Positions 10,667-21,242 of a stretch of DNA of 64,000 nt are shown here, one piece after another (the first letter of the stretch is position 1; the number at the start of each line of letters is the position of its first letter). The DNA is taken from contig JADGBE010000014.1 in the NCBI GenBank assembly GCA_015231615.1, positions 3,196 to 67,195 on the forward strand, given 5' to 3'. The notes beneath the pieces are model-generated. The model was not told the origin of the DNA, did not search any database, and saw only the letters and a program-made list of their open reading frames with translations. The translations under genes were made by a program, and so were the position numbers. The DNA is from Desulfamplus sp. (lineage in GTDB: Bacteria; Desulfobacterota; Desulfobacteria; Desulfobacterales; Desulfobacteraceae).

Positions 10667-11968
10667 ATGGCTACACAAGCGATTGAAAAAGTTCCAACAC
10701 AGGCTTGGATAACAACTTTTTCTGGCACAGCTATAAACCTATGTCTTGGTATTTTGTATGCGTGGAGTATCTGGAAATCAGCCCTTGTTGATGTTACCAA
10801 AGCAGGGCAGGCAATGGATGTAAACGGAATAAATGCGGGCTGGACTTATCTTACAAATGCACAGGCTGCAACTCCGTTTTCTCTGTGCGTCATTATTTTT
10901 GCCCTTCTTATGATTCCGGGCGGAAGAATTCAGGATAAAATTAGTCCAAGATTTGGAGCAACTGTAGGCGGTCTTCTTTTAGCTGCTGGTTGTATTGTTG
11001 CAGGCATGATGAAGAGTTACACAGGGCTTATAATTGGTTTTGGAATTCTTGGCGGTGCTGGTATGGGTATTGGTTATGCTGCCCCTACGCCAGCGGCTTT
11101 AAAGTGGTTTGGACCTGAAAAACGAGGGCTTATTGCTGGTATTGTTGTTGGTGGATATGGAGGTGCTGCCCTTTATATTGGCGGTCTTGGCTCATATCTA
11201 CTTAAAAATTATGGTATTTCAGGCAGTTTTATCTACCTTGGAATCTTTTTTGCCGTAATAGTTATTATTGCGGGTCAGATGCTCAAAGCCCCACCCGCCG
11301 GTTATATCCCTCCTGCTAATCTGAACAATTCTGGACAAAAAGGTGCGACAGAAAAGACGCATAACTGGGAAGCTGGTGACATGATGAAAACATGGCAGTT
11401 TTATGCCCTTGTGGTGATGTTTATTCTTACTACACAGTCAGGTCTTTTAATCATCAGCAGTGCCAACGGACTTTTGATGAGTACAGCAAAAGATATGCCA
11501 TTTTTCGTGGCAAACGCATGGTTACTGGTCTCTTTTGGTGGACTTGTTAATGCTTCAGGACGTGTTGGCACAGGATATTATTCCGATAAAATCGGAAGGC
11601 TTAATGCTTATTGCCTAAATTGCGGTGTATCTGCTATTTGTCTCTTTTTGCTACCTTATGTTATCTCAACAGCAAATCTCTTCCTTCTCTTCCTTGTAGT
11701 TGGTGTTGCATATTGGCAGTATGGTGGAGGACTCTCGTTGCTGCCATCCTTTACAGCAGATTTCTTTGGTGCAAAAAATCTTGGTTTTAACTATGGATTA
11801 GTTTTCATCGGCTGGGGACTTGGCTTCTTCATGGCAAGACTTGGTGGTTGGATTCAAGATGTTACAGGAAGCCTTGACTATGCGTTTTATATCTCAGGTG
11901 CCTTGTTAGTTGGTGGTGTTCTTTTAGCAAGAATTACAACAAAACCACAGTATGGTGGCGTAAAGTAG
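10667..11968 (+). CDS. MFS transporter, oxalate:formate antiporter (OFA) family
   Basis: About 12 TM segments; GILYAWS, KWFGPEKRG and DFFGAKNLG motifs. Confidence 0.87.
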   Translation: MATQAIEKVPTQAWITTFSGTAINLCLGILYAWSIWKSALVDVTKAGQAMDVNGINAGWTYLTNAQAATPFSLCVIIFALLMIPGGRIQDKISPRFGATVGGLLLAAGCIVAGMMKSYTGLIIGFGILGGAGMGIGYAAPTPAALKWFGPEKRGLIAGIVVGGYGGAALYIGGLGSYLLKNYGISGSFIYLGIFFAVIVIIAGQMLKAPPAGYIPPANLNNSGQKGATEKTHNWEAGDMMKTWQFYALVVMFILTTQSGLLIISSANGLLMSTAKDMPFFVANAWLLVSFGGLVNASGRVGTGYYSDKIGRLNAYCLNCGVSAICLFLLPYVISTANLFLLFLVVGVAYWQYGGGLSLLPSFTADFFGAKNLGFNYGLVFIGWGLGFFMARLGGWIQDVTGSLDYAFYISGALLVGGVLLARITTKPQYGGVK

Positions 11969-12076
11969 TGTTGCTGCTGTATAATCGCCTCAACGAGAAT
12001 AATTAAGATTATTGCGGTCATTTAGTTTGATTATTTTTAAATTTAGAGTTAATTTCAAATATTTGCCATAATTAAA

Positions 12077-12107
12077 TAAGGGATAAGCAACTTTAGCTTA
12101 TCCCTTA
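12077..12107 (+). terminator. Putative intrinsic terminator after the MFS gene
   Basis: 12-bp stem TAAGGGATAAGC/GCTTATCCCTTA followed by ctatttt. Confidence 0.65.
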
Positions 12108-12158
12108 CTATTTTGTACCGTTATATATTTTAAATATAAAAAAGGTATTCAACTTCTA

Positions 12159-12860
12159 ATGCCGATTTCCCAATCTCTACCCATAGACATTCCATTTATT
12201 TTAAATTTTTCTAACCTTGAATTTGACAAAATGGTCATTTTTTTTGTGGCAATCCTATTATCTATAACTGTTAATGCAGAAGCTCAAGCATTCATGGCAA
12301 CGATATTAGGAGACATAAAAGATGATGCTAAAGATAGATTTCACTTTAATCCTCTTTTGCATATAAACCTTGCTGGACTTATATGTTTTGCAGTTGCTGG
12401 ATTTGGCTGGGCAAGACCGATTGAGATTAATACCTCTAAATTTAAACGCCCTGCAATTGCCGTTGCGATAATCAGATTTACAGGTGCTTTTGGTAATCTA
12501 CTTTTGGCAAGCATCGCTGCAAGTATCTTGTTTGTAATGAAAAAGTGGAATCTTGAAGATCAGGTCTTTTCCATTGTAGTGGCTGTTAATATCATGGTTT
12601 TTGTTTATAACTTTGTTCCAGTCCCGCCTCTTGCTGGAGCTTATATCCTCTTTTCTATAATCTCTGCTTTTTTACCCACCTCTTTTCTTAATCTCCTTTT
12701 TGCAAATACAAAAATAATAAATATCAATAGATACTTTATCAGGATAACTCCATATATTTTTGTGGGTGTTTTAATTGTGATGAAAATTAATGGTTTGGCA
12801 TTATTAAATGAGACACTATATCCAGTTATAAGGGCTATTTTCCAATTTGTTGCTGGATAA
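12159..12860 (+). CDS. Site-2 protease (M50) homolog lacking the zinc ligands
   Basis: LGD..K..RFHFNPLLHI, GFGWARP and NFVPVPPLAG match the M50 fold; HExxH is replaced by NAEAQ. Confidence 0.75.
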   Translation: MPISQSLPIDIPFILNFSNLEFDKMVIFFVAILLSITVNAEAQAFMATILGDIKDDAKDRFHFNPLLHINLAGLICFAVAGFGWARPIEINTSKFKRPAIAVAIIRFTGAFGNLLLASIAASILFVMKKWNLEDQVFSIVVAVNIMVFVYNFVPVPPLAGAYILFSIISAFLPTSFLNLLFANTKIININRYFIRITPYIFVGVLIVMKINGLALLNETLYPVIRAIFQFVAG

Positions 12861-13124
12861 AAAATATTGTTGTCAGATTAGATTATTGAATATGATTTTC
12901 TTAAATCTTTTTTGATATGCTGTTCAAGCCAATTCATGCCAATTTAAGAGTATAAGAGTATCTTATTTAGAATAATAGATTGCATCTTGACACAAAAGTT
13001 ATGCTATATTAAACAGAGTACATCATTATATTAAACAATGTTTATCATAGTGATTTCAATACACTTATTTGATTTAGTTGGAGTATAGACAAATTTAAAC
13101 CTAAAGGAGTTAAGGAGGCAGTAA

Positions 13125-13649
13125 ATGGCTGTTCAGTATCGTCCTATAGTTCCGGGCATAAAGAGATTTAAAATCCTTGTGATTAAGATTGTCTTTATTG
13201 TTCTGGGAAGAGCGTTTCAATCTGCATCACAGCATGACGAAGAGATAAGAAAAGAGATCTCTTCATGGCGTGATGGTTTTACATTGATTATGAAGGTTAT
13301 GCCAGACGGACCATATATGGGTCTTGAGAAAAAAAATAATATGCTTGAATTTAAAGGCTCGCAATTAAAACAGGCTGATTTTGAGATATATTTTAAAAAT
13401 GTTGAGTCTGCATTTATGATTATGACCCCTCAAATGGGTTCACATCAGGCATTTGCAGAAAGGAGAATGAGCATTAAAGGAGATCTTGGAATTGCCACTG
13501 TTTTTACAAGAGTTTTAGTGATTGTGATGTCAGTTCTCTATCCTGAATTTATAGTCAAAAGGCTTGTAAAAAGAGTTCCGCCTTTGACGCTAAAAAGAGC
13601 TGGGCTTAGAGTTTGGCTATACACACTTGGAATATTGCTTGGAAAATAA
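13125..13649 (+). CDS. SCP2-like lipid-binding domain protein
   Basis: ADFEIYF...QAFAERRMSIKGDL resembles the SCP2 C-terminal motif. Confidence 0.6.
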   Translation: MAVQYRPIVPGIKRFKILVIKIVFIVLGRAFQSASQHDEEIRKEISSWRDGFTLIMKVMPDGPYMGLEKKNNMLEFKGSQLKQADFEIYFKNVESAFMIMTPQMGSHQAFAERRMSIKGDLGIATVFTRVLVIVMSVLYPEFIVKRLVKRVPPLTLKRAGLRVWLYTLGILLGK

Positions 13650-13734
13650 AATTTAAATAATGCATATTACTTGTAAGATAATAAAATTTAAATAATGTAA
13701 AATATAATTTTTTTGAATATAAAGGAGTTCAAAG

Positions 13735-14916
13735 ATGCTACCTTCATACTATGAGTTTCACAATCCCGTAAAAATAATATCTGGCAACAAAGCCCTTGAC
13801 AATCTTCCATCAGAACTTGAGATACTCGGGGCAAAACGCCCAATGGTAGTTACGGATAAAGGGGTTGCTGGTGCTGGTCTTGTAAAAATTTTTATTGATA
13901 GCTTTGGCAGTTCAGGCATGACAATCGGGGCGATATTTGATGATGTTCCCCCTGACTCTTCAAGTGAAGTTGTTGAAAAAATAACCTCTATATTTAGACA
14001 AAACCAATGCGATTCTCTTGTTGCCCTTGGTGGCGGCTCTGTAATTGACACTGCAAAAGGTGTAAATATTTTGGTTACTGAAAATTCTGATGATCTTCTT
14101 AAATTTTCAGGTGCTGAAGTGCTTAGGAAAAAGATGAAGCCGCTTGTAGTTATTCCAACAACATCAGGCACAGGCTCGGAAGTTACTGTCGTGGCTGTAA
14201 TATCTGATGTTAAACGAAACATTAAAATGCCATTTGCATCAACCTATCTTCTGCCTGATATTGCACTTCTTGATCCAAGAATGACATTAACACTTCCCCC
14301 TAAAATGACTGCTGCAACTGCAATGGACGCAATGAGTCATGCTGTTGAATCTTACATAAATCTTCAAAAAAACCCAATGAGCGATGCTTATGCAGTTGCT
14401 GCAATTGAGATTATTTGTGAAAATGTTCTCAAAGCTGTAAGCGATGGAAACAACGCTCAGGTGCGTCTTGCAATGGCAAATGCCTCAACTATGGCTGGAA
14501 TTGCATTTTCAAACTCAATGGTTGGTGTGGTTCATGCCTTAGGTCATGCCGCTGGCGGAATCTGTCATATTCCTCATGGTGTTGCTATGAATATCTTTTT
14601 GCCATTTGGATTAGAATATAATTTGCCAAAATGTCGTGAAAATATAGGAAAACTTCTTCTTCATATTGCTGGTGATGAAGTTTATGCAAGAACGCCAGAG
14701 TCTCGAAGAGCAGAACAGACAATTAACTATATAGTAGAGCTACGTAAAGCTCTAAATGAGCTGTGTGGTCTTCCAATAAATTTAAAACAGGCTGGCGTAA
14801 CTGAAGATAAACTTTCTGAAATTGCTCAAGCAGCTATTAATGACCCAAGTATTGTTATGAATCCAAGAGAGATGGACGTAAATGATGCCCTTGCTATTTT
14901 GAAAAAGGCTTTTTAA
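13735..14916 (+). CDS. Iron-containing alcohol dehydrogenase
   Basis: GGGSVIDTAK, PTTSGTGSE, DAMSHAVE and HALGH motifs. Confidence 0.93.
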   Translation: MLPSYYEFHNPVKIISGNKALDNLPSELEILGAKRPMVVTDKGVAGAGLVKIFIDSFGSSGMTIGAIFDDVPPDSSSEVVEKITSIFRQNQCDSLVALGGGSVIDTAKGVNILVTENSDDLLKFSGAEVLRKKMKPLVVIPTTSGTGSEVTVVAVISDVKRNIKMPFASTYLLPDIALLDPRMTLTLPPKMTAATAMDAMSHAVESYINLQKNPMSDAYAVAAIEIICENVLKAVSDGNNAQVRLAMANASTMAGIAFSNSMVGVVHALGHAAGGICHIPHGVAMNIFLPFGLEYNLPKCRENIGKLLLHIAGDEVYARTPESRRAEQTINYIVELRKALNELCGLPINLKQAGVTEDKLSEIAQAAINDPSIVMNPREMDVNDALAILKKAF

Positions 14917-14949
14917 TAAATTATTAAATTTAATAAGCGGGATAAAAAT

Positions 14950-16944
14950 ATGGAAGAGATAAAAGGTTTTTCAAATAAAATTATTGAGATTAATCTAACA
15001 GATAAATCGTGGTCTGTTTCTGAAGCATCAATCGAAGATAGAAAGATGTTTCTTGGCGGTAAAGGTTTGGGAATGAAACTTCTTTACGACCGCTTAAAAC
15101 CAGGGGTTGATCCACTTGGTGAGGATAATATCCTTATAATTATGCCAGGTGTTGTAACTGGAACTGGTGCCCCATGTTCAGGTAGATTTGAGGCAATCTC
15201 TAAATCTCCGTTGACTGGAATCATTGCAACAGCATCGTGCGGCGGACCTTTTGGTATTCAGCTTAAAACAGCAGGATATGGCGGACTTGTAATTCGTGGA
15301 AAATCAAAAGATAAATGCGTTGTCTGGTTTGACCATAACACTGTAGAGTTTAGAGACGCTACAGACTTGTGGGGTCTTGATACCGTAGAAACTCAAGAGC
15401 GGGTTTTAAATTCTTCAAAAACTGAATCTAAAAAAGAGGCAACACTTGCAATTGGTCCTGCTGGAGAAAATCTTGTTCGATTTGCAAATATCTCATCAGG
15501 GCATAGATTTCTTGGCAGAGGTGGACTTGGAGCTGTTATGGGTTCAAAAAACCTCAAAGCAGTTGTTGCAAAAGGTAGCCATTACAAAATTGTTCCAGCA
15601 GAGCCTGAAAAATTTCAAAAGGTTAAGAAAAAGGCAACTCAATTTATAAAAAATGATGCCGTAACAATTTCCTTGGGTAAATTTGGTACTGCAACCAATG
15701 TTAAGTTTGTCAACAAGGAGAAGATGCTGCCTGTCTGGAACTACTCTTTTGGTGATCATGAGCACGCTTTTAGAATATCAGGCGAGATGATTAAAGAGAA
15801 ACATGACACTAAGGTTCATACCTGTAAGCCATGCTCAATAATGTGCGGACATAAAGGTACATTTAACGGGAAAGAGTCCCCTGTCCCTGAATATGAGACA
15901 CTCACACTTCTTGGCTCAAATCTTGGTGTCTTTGATACAAACGCAATTTCGAGATTTAACGATATTTGCAACAAAGCTGGAATGGACACAATTTCAGCAG
16001 GTGGAACACTTGGATGGGTTATGGAAGCAGTTGAAAAAGGGTTAGTTTCACCTGATCTCTTTGTCTCTTCTAAAAATTCAAAGCCAAATGAGTTATCCGC
16101 AAATGAAAATTCCTCTGATGATTTAGACAAAACTCAATCTGGGACACGCAAATATTCTCTGATGTTTGGTTCAATTAATGGAATTGAAGAGGCTTTGGAA
16201 AGTATTGCAAAAGGTGAAGGATTTGGAAAAGAGATGGGGCTTGGCTCAAGAGCTTTATCTCATAAATATGGAGGAAAAGGTTTTGCAATTCAAGTAAAAG
16301 GTCTTGAAATGGCAGGATATGACCCAAGAGGCTCTTATGGTCAGGGGCTTGCATATTCAGTTGCAAACAGAGGGGCATGTCATCTCTCTGCATTTCTTGT
16401 ATCATTCGAGGTTTTGTTAGGGCTTCTGAAACCAGATACTGCCCGTTCCAAACCAGAGTTTGTGAAGTTTGTCGAGGATTTGACATGCAGTGTTAATGCA
16501 CTCCAAACCTGTCAGTTCACCATGTATGCCTACACCCTTCAACCAATGCTTACAAAATACACACCAAAATTTATTCTAAAAAACATGATGCTTTGGCTTC
16601 CTGAAGTTGCTATGACTCTTTTTGATTTCTCTATTTATCCTGATCTTTTCTCTTCAATTACTGGAATTAAAATGTCATCAAAAGAGTTTCTCAAATCTGG
16701 AGAACGGATTCATGTTCTTGAAAGATATATGAATACAAGGGAAGGAATCAGAGGCAGAGATGATGTTCTGCCAGATAGAATGCTTATGGAGACAATCGTA
16801 AGAGATAAGAAAAGAAGAATCGTTCCACTTAAAGAGATGCTTGCAAAGTATTATAAATTAAGGGGTTATAATGAAGATGGCATTCCCATTGATAAACTTC
16901 TTAAGAAGTTAAAAATACCATCGCAGCCCTCTTACAGCGTGTAG
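14950..16944 (+). CDS. Aldehyde:ferredoxin oxidoreductase family protein
   Basis: KSPLTG, IGPAGEN, GRGGLGAVMGSKNLKA, CxxCxxxC, GMDTIS and RGACH motifs. Confidence 0.93.
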   Translation: MEEIKGFSNKIIEINLTDKSWSVSEASIEDRKMFLGGKGLGMKLLYDRLKPGVDPLGEDNILIIMPGVVTGTGAPCSGRFEAISKSPLTGIIATASCGGPFGIQLKTAGYGGLVIRGKSKDKCVVWFDHNTVEFRDATDLWGLDTVETQERVLNSSKTESKKEATLAIGPAGENLVRFANISSGHRFLGRGGLGAVMGSKNLKAVVAKGSHYKIVPAEPEKFQKVKKKATQFIKNDAVTISLGKFGTATNVKFVNKEKMLPVWNYSFGDHEHAFRISGEMIKEKHDTKVHTCKPCSIMCGHKGTFNGKESPVPEYETLTLLGSNLGVFDTNAISRFNDICNKAGMDTISAGGTLGWVMEAVEKGLVSPDLFVSSKNSKPNELSANENSSDDLDKTQSGTRKYSLMFGSINGIEEALESIAKGEGFGKEMGLGSRALSHKYGGKGFAIQVKGLEMAGYDPRGSYGQGLAYSVANRGACHLSAFLVSFEVLLGLLKPDTARSKPEFVKFVEDLTCSVNALQTCQFTMYAYTLQPMLTKYTPKFILKNMMLWLPEVAMTLFDFSIYPDLFSSITGIKMSSKEFLKSGERIHVLERYMNTREGIRGRDDVLPDRMLMETIVRDKKRRIVPLKEMLAKYYKLRGYNEDGIPIDKLLKKLKIPSQPSYSV

Positions 16945-16988
16945 TTATTATACTATTCAGGCTCATAAACTAAAGTTCTGCCTAAACT

Positions 16989-17014
16989 GTAGAGACGCAC
17001 GGCGGCGTCTCTAC
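16989..17014. repeat. GTAG...CTAC REP-like palindrome
   Basis: gtagagacgcacggcggcgtctctac. Confidence 0.85.
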
Positions 17015-17069
17015 TTAAATATAAAATCTCAATTTATCCCGCTTGAGTATATATAAAATATGCTAAAAT

Positions 17070-17462
17070 CTATATTGATTTTACTGTTAAAACTGGGCAG
17101 TGAGCTTCTAAAATTATATATTGAGCATTAGAACCAAAAACTAATTTCCCAACCCTTGACTCTTTTCTCATGCCGTAGATAATCTCATCAACTCCTTTCT
17201 CCTTTGCAAACTGAACAACATCTTCGCCCGGGGCAATGCCACGAATAAGTATATGAGTTTCGCATTTAACCCCTTTTTGCTCAAAATCTTCTTTATGGTA
17301 ATTAAGTTTTTTTTCAACCTCAGCAATCTCTTCTTGTGGCACATCTGGATCACATGTTTTTACAAAAAAGATATAAGCATCTGCTTGTTGCGCTCTTCTT
17401 AGTGCCGTATCCATAAGTGTTGATGTTCTTACTTGGTCATCATAGCTAACTAATATCTTCAT
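17070..17462 (-). CDS. Universal stress protein (UspA family)
   Basis: MKILVSYD; FGSNAQYIILEAHCPVL. Confidence 0.92.
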   Translation of the reverse strand: MKILVSYDDQVRTSTLMDTALRRAQQADAYIFFVKTCDPDVPQEEIAEVEKKLNYHKEDFEQKGVKCETHILIRGIAPGEDVVQFAKEKGVDEIIYGMRKESRVGKLVFGSNAQYIILEAHCPVLTVKSI

Positions 17463-17625
17463 TCTCTTTTCTCCTAATATAAATTTTTAGTCGCATATTT
17501 GGTAATTAAAAAATATTAACAAATCTTTATCAATATTTACTCCAAAATTGCAGTTATAAATGTTAAATAAACAAGTGCAATGCTTTTGTCAACTATGGCC
17601 GTAACAACAGGAGTTATAACTAACC

Positions 17626-18942
17626 ATGATAACAAAGAGTCCCTTAGAAAAGAGGGTAAAAAGAAGAATCACGGCAAGAACACATCGTTTTTTTGCAGTT
17701 TGTCCGCCAGGACTTAAACGAATGTGCCACAAAGAGATAATCTTTTTATCTGAGCAGATATTAAATTGTGAGTTTCAAGATATTGTCATGCTTTCAGGAG
17801 GTGTTGAGTTTACATCAACCGTTCAAGGTTGCTATGCTGCCAATCTCTACCTTAGAACTCCATCAAGAATTTTGATGAGAATTACAAAATTCAAGGCTGA
17901 AAATTTTAGAACTCTTGAAAAAAAGCTCACCCAGATTGAGTGGGAGCTTTATCTTAAACCATCTCTGAACGTACATGTTGAAGTTTCAACCAACTCTTCA
18001 AGACTTTACCACACAGATGCAATTGCCCAAAGGGCAGAAAAGGCAATTAAAGAAAAGTGTAGTGATGTTAGTAGTGTTGTCAAGATTAATAGCCTTACTA
18101 ATATTGCCAAAACCAGAGATAACGAAAAAACTAAAATTGCTATGCAGACAATTATGATTCGTGGCGAAAATGATCTTTTTGAAGTTTCTATAGATAGTAG
18201 TGGAGAGCTTTTACATAAAAGAGGATTAAAAGAAAACGTTGGGGTAGCACCTATTCGTGAAACTATTGCTTTTGCAATTCTCTCAGCCATGAAATATCCA
18301 GAGTCTCAAACATTGATAAGTGGTGATAATTCGCTATCTGAGAACTCTAAAATATTTAGAGCAAATAGCCTTCCATTGATTGATGGAATGTGTGGTTCAG
18401 GAACTTTTGCTCTTGAGGCCGCAATGGTAGCACTCAATATTCCAGCAGGTTTTTTTAGACAATTTGCCTTTGAAGATTGGCAATGTTTTAGCAAAGGGCA
18501 GTGGGACTATATGAAAAAAAGAGCATCAGAGAACATTATAATTCCTGATGCTCTTTGCAATAATCCTTTCATATTCGGAGTTGATCAAGATCCGTTCATT
18601 CTGCAAGAGTTTGAAAAGATGATTCAAAGATTCAAATTTTCATCAGCAATTAAAACCGTAGCAGGTAATTTCCTCGATATTTTGCCTGAAAAAATTACAA
18701 ATAATAGTAATAAAGGATTTGTGGTATTAAACCCACCTTATGGGAAACGTATTGGAGAAAACGAAGATATTGAAAAGATATTTTTTGATATTGGAAGAAA
18801 ACTTAAATCAGACTTTAAAGGTTGGAGAGCAGGGGTCATTATTCCTGATAAGAAATTTATAACCTATCTGCATGGGAGAAAATCAATAATGCCAATATTT
18901 CATGGTGGGCTTGAGATTTATGCTGTGATTGTAGATTGTTAG
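17626..18942 (+). CDS. THUMP-domain RNA methyltransferase (RlmL-like)
   Basis: DSSGELLHKRG, APIRETIA, DGMCGSGT and NPPYG motifs. Confidence 0.9.
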   Translation: MITKSPLEKRVKRRITARTHRFFAVCPPGLKRMCHKEIIFLSEQILNCEFQDIVMLSGGVEFTSTVQGCYAANLYLRTPSRILMRITKFKAENFRTLEKKLTQIEWELYLKPSLNVHVEVSTNSSRLYHTDAIAQRAEKAIKEKCSDVSSVVKINSLTNIAKTRDNEKTKIAMQTIMIRGENDLFEVSIDSSGELLHKRGLKENVGVAPIRETIAFAILSAMKYPESQTLISGDNSLSENSKIFRANSLPLIDGMCGSGTFALEAAMVALNIPAGFFRQFAFEDWQCFSKGQWDYMKKRASENIIIPDALCNNPFIFGVDQDPFILQEFEKMIQRFKFSSAIKTVAGNFLDILPEKITNNSNKGFVVLNPPYGKRIGENEDIEKIFFDIGRKLKSDFKGWRAGVIIPDKKFITYLHGRKSIMPIFHGGLEIYAVIVDC

Positions 18943-18997
18943 GTTAGTTAGTATGTCATTCCTATTTCATTAGGGTATCCTTGCTATGTTATTAAAA

Positions 18998-19025
18998 GTA
19001 GAGACGCACGGCCGTGCGTCTCTAC
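18998..19025. repeat. Perfect 28-bp GTAG...CTAC REP-like palindrome
   Basis: gtagagacgcacggccgtgcgtctctac, between convergent genes. Confidence 0.9.
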
Positions 19026-19096
19026 TCGTAAATATTGATTGTTTGGATTTTCACAAATCTTTACGTTTTTTTTGTTAAATCTTAAACTTTTATACT

Positions 19097-20911
19097 TTAG
19101 CTTGCAAAAGAAGCCTCGTCCATCTCAACAGCAGCACCGCTTGTATTTTTAACTGCAATAAGATTTCCCATTGTGATTGGCAAATAAGACTCAACAAAGA
19201 ACTGTAGTGATTTAACAAGACCTTCATAGAAAGGTTTATCTTTCTTTTTTGCTGACTCAAGTTTTTGGGCAGCAATTGTAGCTCTCCAAAGAAGCATCCA
19301 TGCAAGAACAACATCACCAGTTGCATCTTGGAATGGGTGAGCATTAGCAAAGGCACTAAGAACTTTAGGAGACATTGCGGTCTGGCCCATGTGAAGGGCA
19401 ACTTCAGCCAATTTGTTAAATGCTTTTTCAATTTTTTCTGTATAAGCGGCAAGTGTTGGAATCTCTTTAGCTGCTGCAAGAGTCTTTTGCATCTCACCAA
19501 ACATATCCATTACAGGCTTTCCTTTATTCATGCCAAGTTTTCTGCCAAGAAGGTCCATAGCCTGAATACCATTTGTCCCTTCGTAAATCATGGTAATACG
19601 ACAATCTCTGAGAAGCTGTGCCATTGGGTACTCTTCAATAAAACCATATCCACCGTAAACCTGCATACCTTGACTACAAACATCAAAAGATTTGTCAGTA
19701 ACATAACCTTTAGCAATCGGGGTTAGAACCTCAACAAGCCCTTGATATTTTGCCCGCTCTTCCTCTGTTGCACCAACAACAGCCATATCTGCACAATAGG
19801 TTACATAGTAAAGGATACTTCTCATACCCTCAACAAAAACCTTCATCTTCATAAGCTGTCTTCTAACATCAGGGTGGTTGATGATTGTAACAGCTTTGGC
19901 ATCAGGATTCATCATATCAAGAAGGCTTTTGCCTTGAACTCTCTGTTTAGCATAATTAACAGCATACATATAAGATGATGTTGCACATGAAAAACCCTGA
20001 AAACCTACAAGCAGACGGGCTTCGTTCATCATTACAAACATTGCCTTCATGCCTTTGTTCTCTTCTCCAAGCAAAGTGCCGATACAGTTGCCGTTGCTGC
20101 CAAGTGCTAATGAGCATGTGCTGTTGCCATGAATACCCATTTTATGCTCAATACCCGTGCAGATAACATCATTAAATTCACCAAGAGAACCATCGGAATT
20201 TACTCTAAACTTTGGCACAAGAAATAGAGAAATTCCTCTTGTTCCTTCAGGTGCCCCTTCAATACGGGCAAGAACAGGATGGATGATATTTGGGGTCAGG
20301 TCATGCTCTCCGCCAGAGATAAATATTTTCTCTCCAGTAATTGAATAAGTGCCATCAGGATTCTTTTTTGCACTTGTAGTCAAAGCACCAACATCAGAAC
20401 CAGCCCCTGGCTCTGTCAAAAGCATTGTGCCTGCCCATTTTCCTGAATACATATTGTTGAGGAAAAGTCTTTTTTGCTCATCAGTTCCAAACTCTTCAAC
20501 AAGTTTTCCAGCCCCATGTGTCAAACCCGGATACATCATAAATGGATAGTTAGCACCGTTGAAATATTCAGCAGCAGCAGAAGCAACGGTTCTTGGCATA
20601 CCTTGACCACCCCATTCTGGGGACTCTGTTGTTGCAAGCCAACCACCTTCGCAGAAAACATCGTAAAGTTTTTTAAATGGTTCAGGAGTTGTTACTTTAC
20701 CGTTTTCTAATTTGCACCCTTGCTGATCACCCTCTTTCTGTGTTGGAAGAATTTCTTTTATTGCAAGGTTCCTTGCCTCAGATACAATAAGATCAATGGT
20801 TTTTTTATTAAACTCTTCAAATTTTTCATGTTTTGTTGAAAGAGATTCTGCATCAAGCATCTCATGCAAAATAAAGTCAATGTCTCTACGGTCTGATATA
20901 AATTGTGCCAT
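19097..20911 (-). CDS. Acyl-CoA dehydrogenase (about 600-aa type)
   Basis: MLLTEPGAGSD, GEKIFISGG, EHKMG, QVYGGYG and IYEGTNGIQ motifs. Confidence 0.93.
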   Translation of the reverse strand: MAQFISDRRDIDFILHEMLDAESLSTKHEKFEEFNKKTIDLIVSEARNLAIKEILPTQKEGDQQGCKLENGKVTTPEPFKKLYDVFCEGGWLATTESPEWGGQGMPRTVASAAAEYFNGANYPFMMYPGLTHGAGKLVEEFGTDEQKRLFLNNMYSGKWAGTMLLTEPGAGSDVGALTTSAKKNPDGTYSITGEKIFISGGEHDLTPNIIHPVLARIEGAPEGTRGISLFLVPKFRVNSDGSLGEFNDVICTGIEHKMGIHGNSTCSLALGSNGNCIGTLLGEENKGMKAMFVMMNEARLLVGFQGFSCATSSYMYAVNYAKQRVQGKSLLDMMNPDAKAVTIINHPDVRRQLMKMKVFVEGMRSILYYVTYCADMAVVGATEEERAKYQGLVEVLTPIAKGYVTDKSFDVCSQGMQVYGGYGFIEEYPMAQLLRDCRITMIYEGTNGIQAMDLLGRKLGMNKGKPVMDMFGEMQKTLAAAKEIPTLAAYTEKIEKAFNKLAEVALHMGQTAMSPKVLSAFANAHPFQDATGDVVLAWMLLWRATIAAQKLESAKKKDKPFYEGLVKSLQFFVESYLPITMGNLIAVKNTSGAAVEMDEASFAS

Positions 20912-21070
20912 TGTTTTAATCCTCTCCTGATTCTATTTTTTGTTGATTACCCGTTTGATTGGTTATTTACGGTCGTTATTATGAATTGTCCTTCATATCA
21001 CTCTTTGCTTAGTTTAGCTGCGAATAACATGAACAATCTATTATTATTTAGTTTTATCCTTACTTTTAAA

Positions 21071-21108
21071 AATGAATAAGTATTCATTACACTATAAAAT
21101 TTTATAGT
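21071..21108. promoter_or_regulatory. Two adjacent palindromic operator-like sites upstream of the acyl-CoA dehydrogenase
   Basis: AATGAATA-AG-TATTCATT (21071-21088) and ACTATAAAATTTTATAGT (21091-21108). Confidence 0.55.
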
Positions 21109-21242
21109 CAATAATAATTTTTAATTTTTTTTATATTGAACCATATTTTAATGTCAGATATAGATACTCAAAATTTTTAAAAATTATTGTTCTCTTAACA
21201 GTGTTAGAAATTAGGATTGATATTAAACAGATAGGTGATTTT

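Noticed and set aside
12926-12945. Sigma54 promoter (TTGGCATGAATTGGCT, minus strand)
   Set aside because: GG-GC spacing is one base short and it points antisense into a gene.
14935-17044. 12-bp inverted repeats (aagcgggataaa) flanking the AOR gene as a mobile unit
   Set aside because: The left copy is the RBS region, no target duplication is seen, and AOR is integral to its operon.
16949-17051. TATACT-ended MITE enclosing the REP at 16989
   Set aside because: The left end matches the right end only weakly and no second full copy is present.
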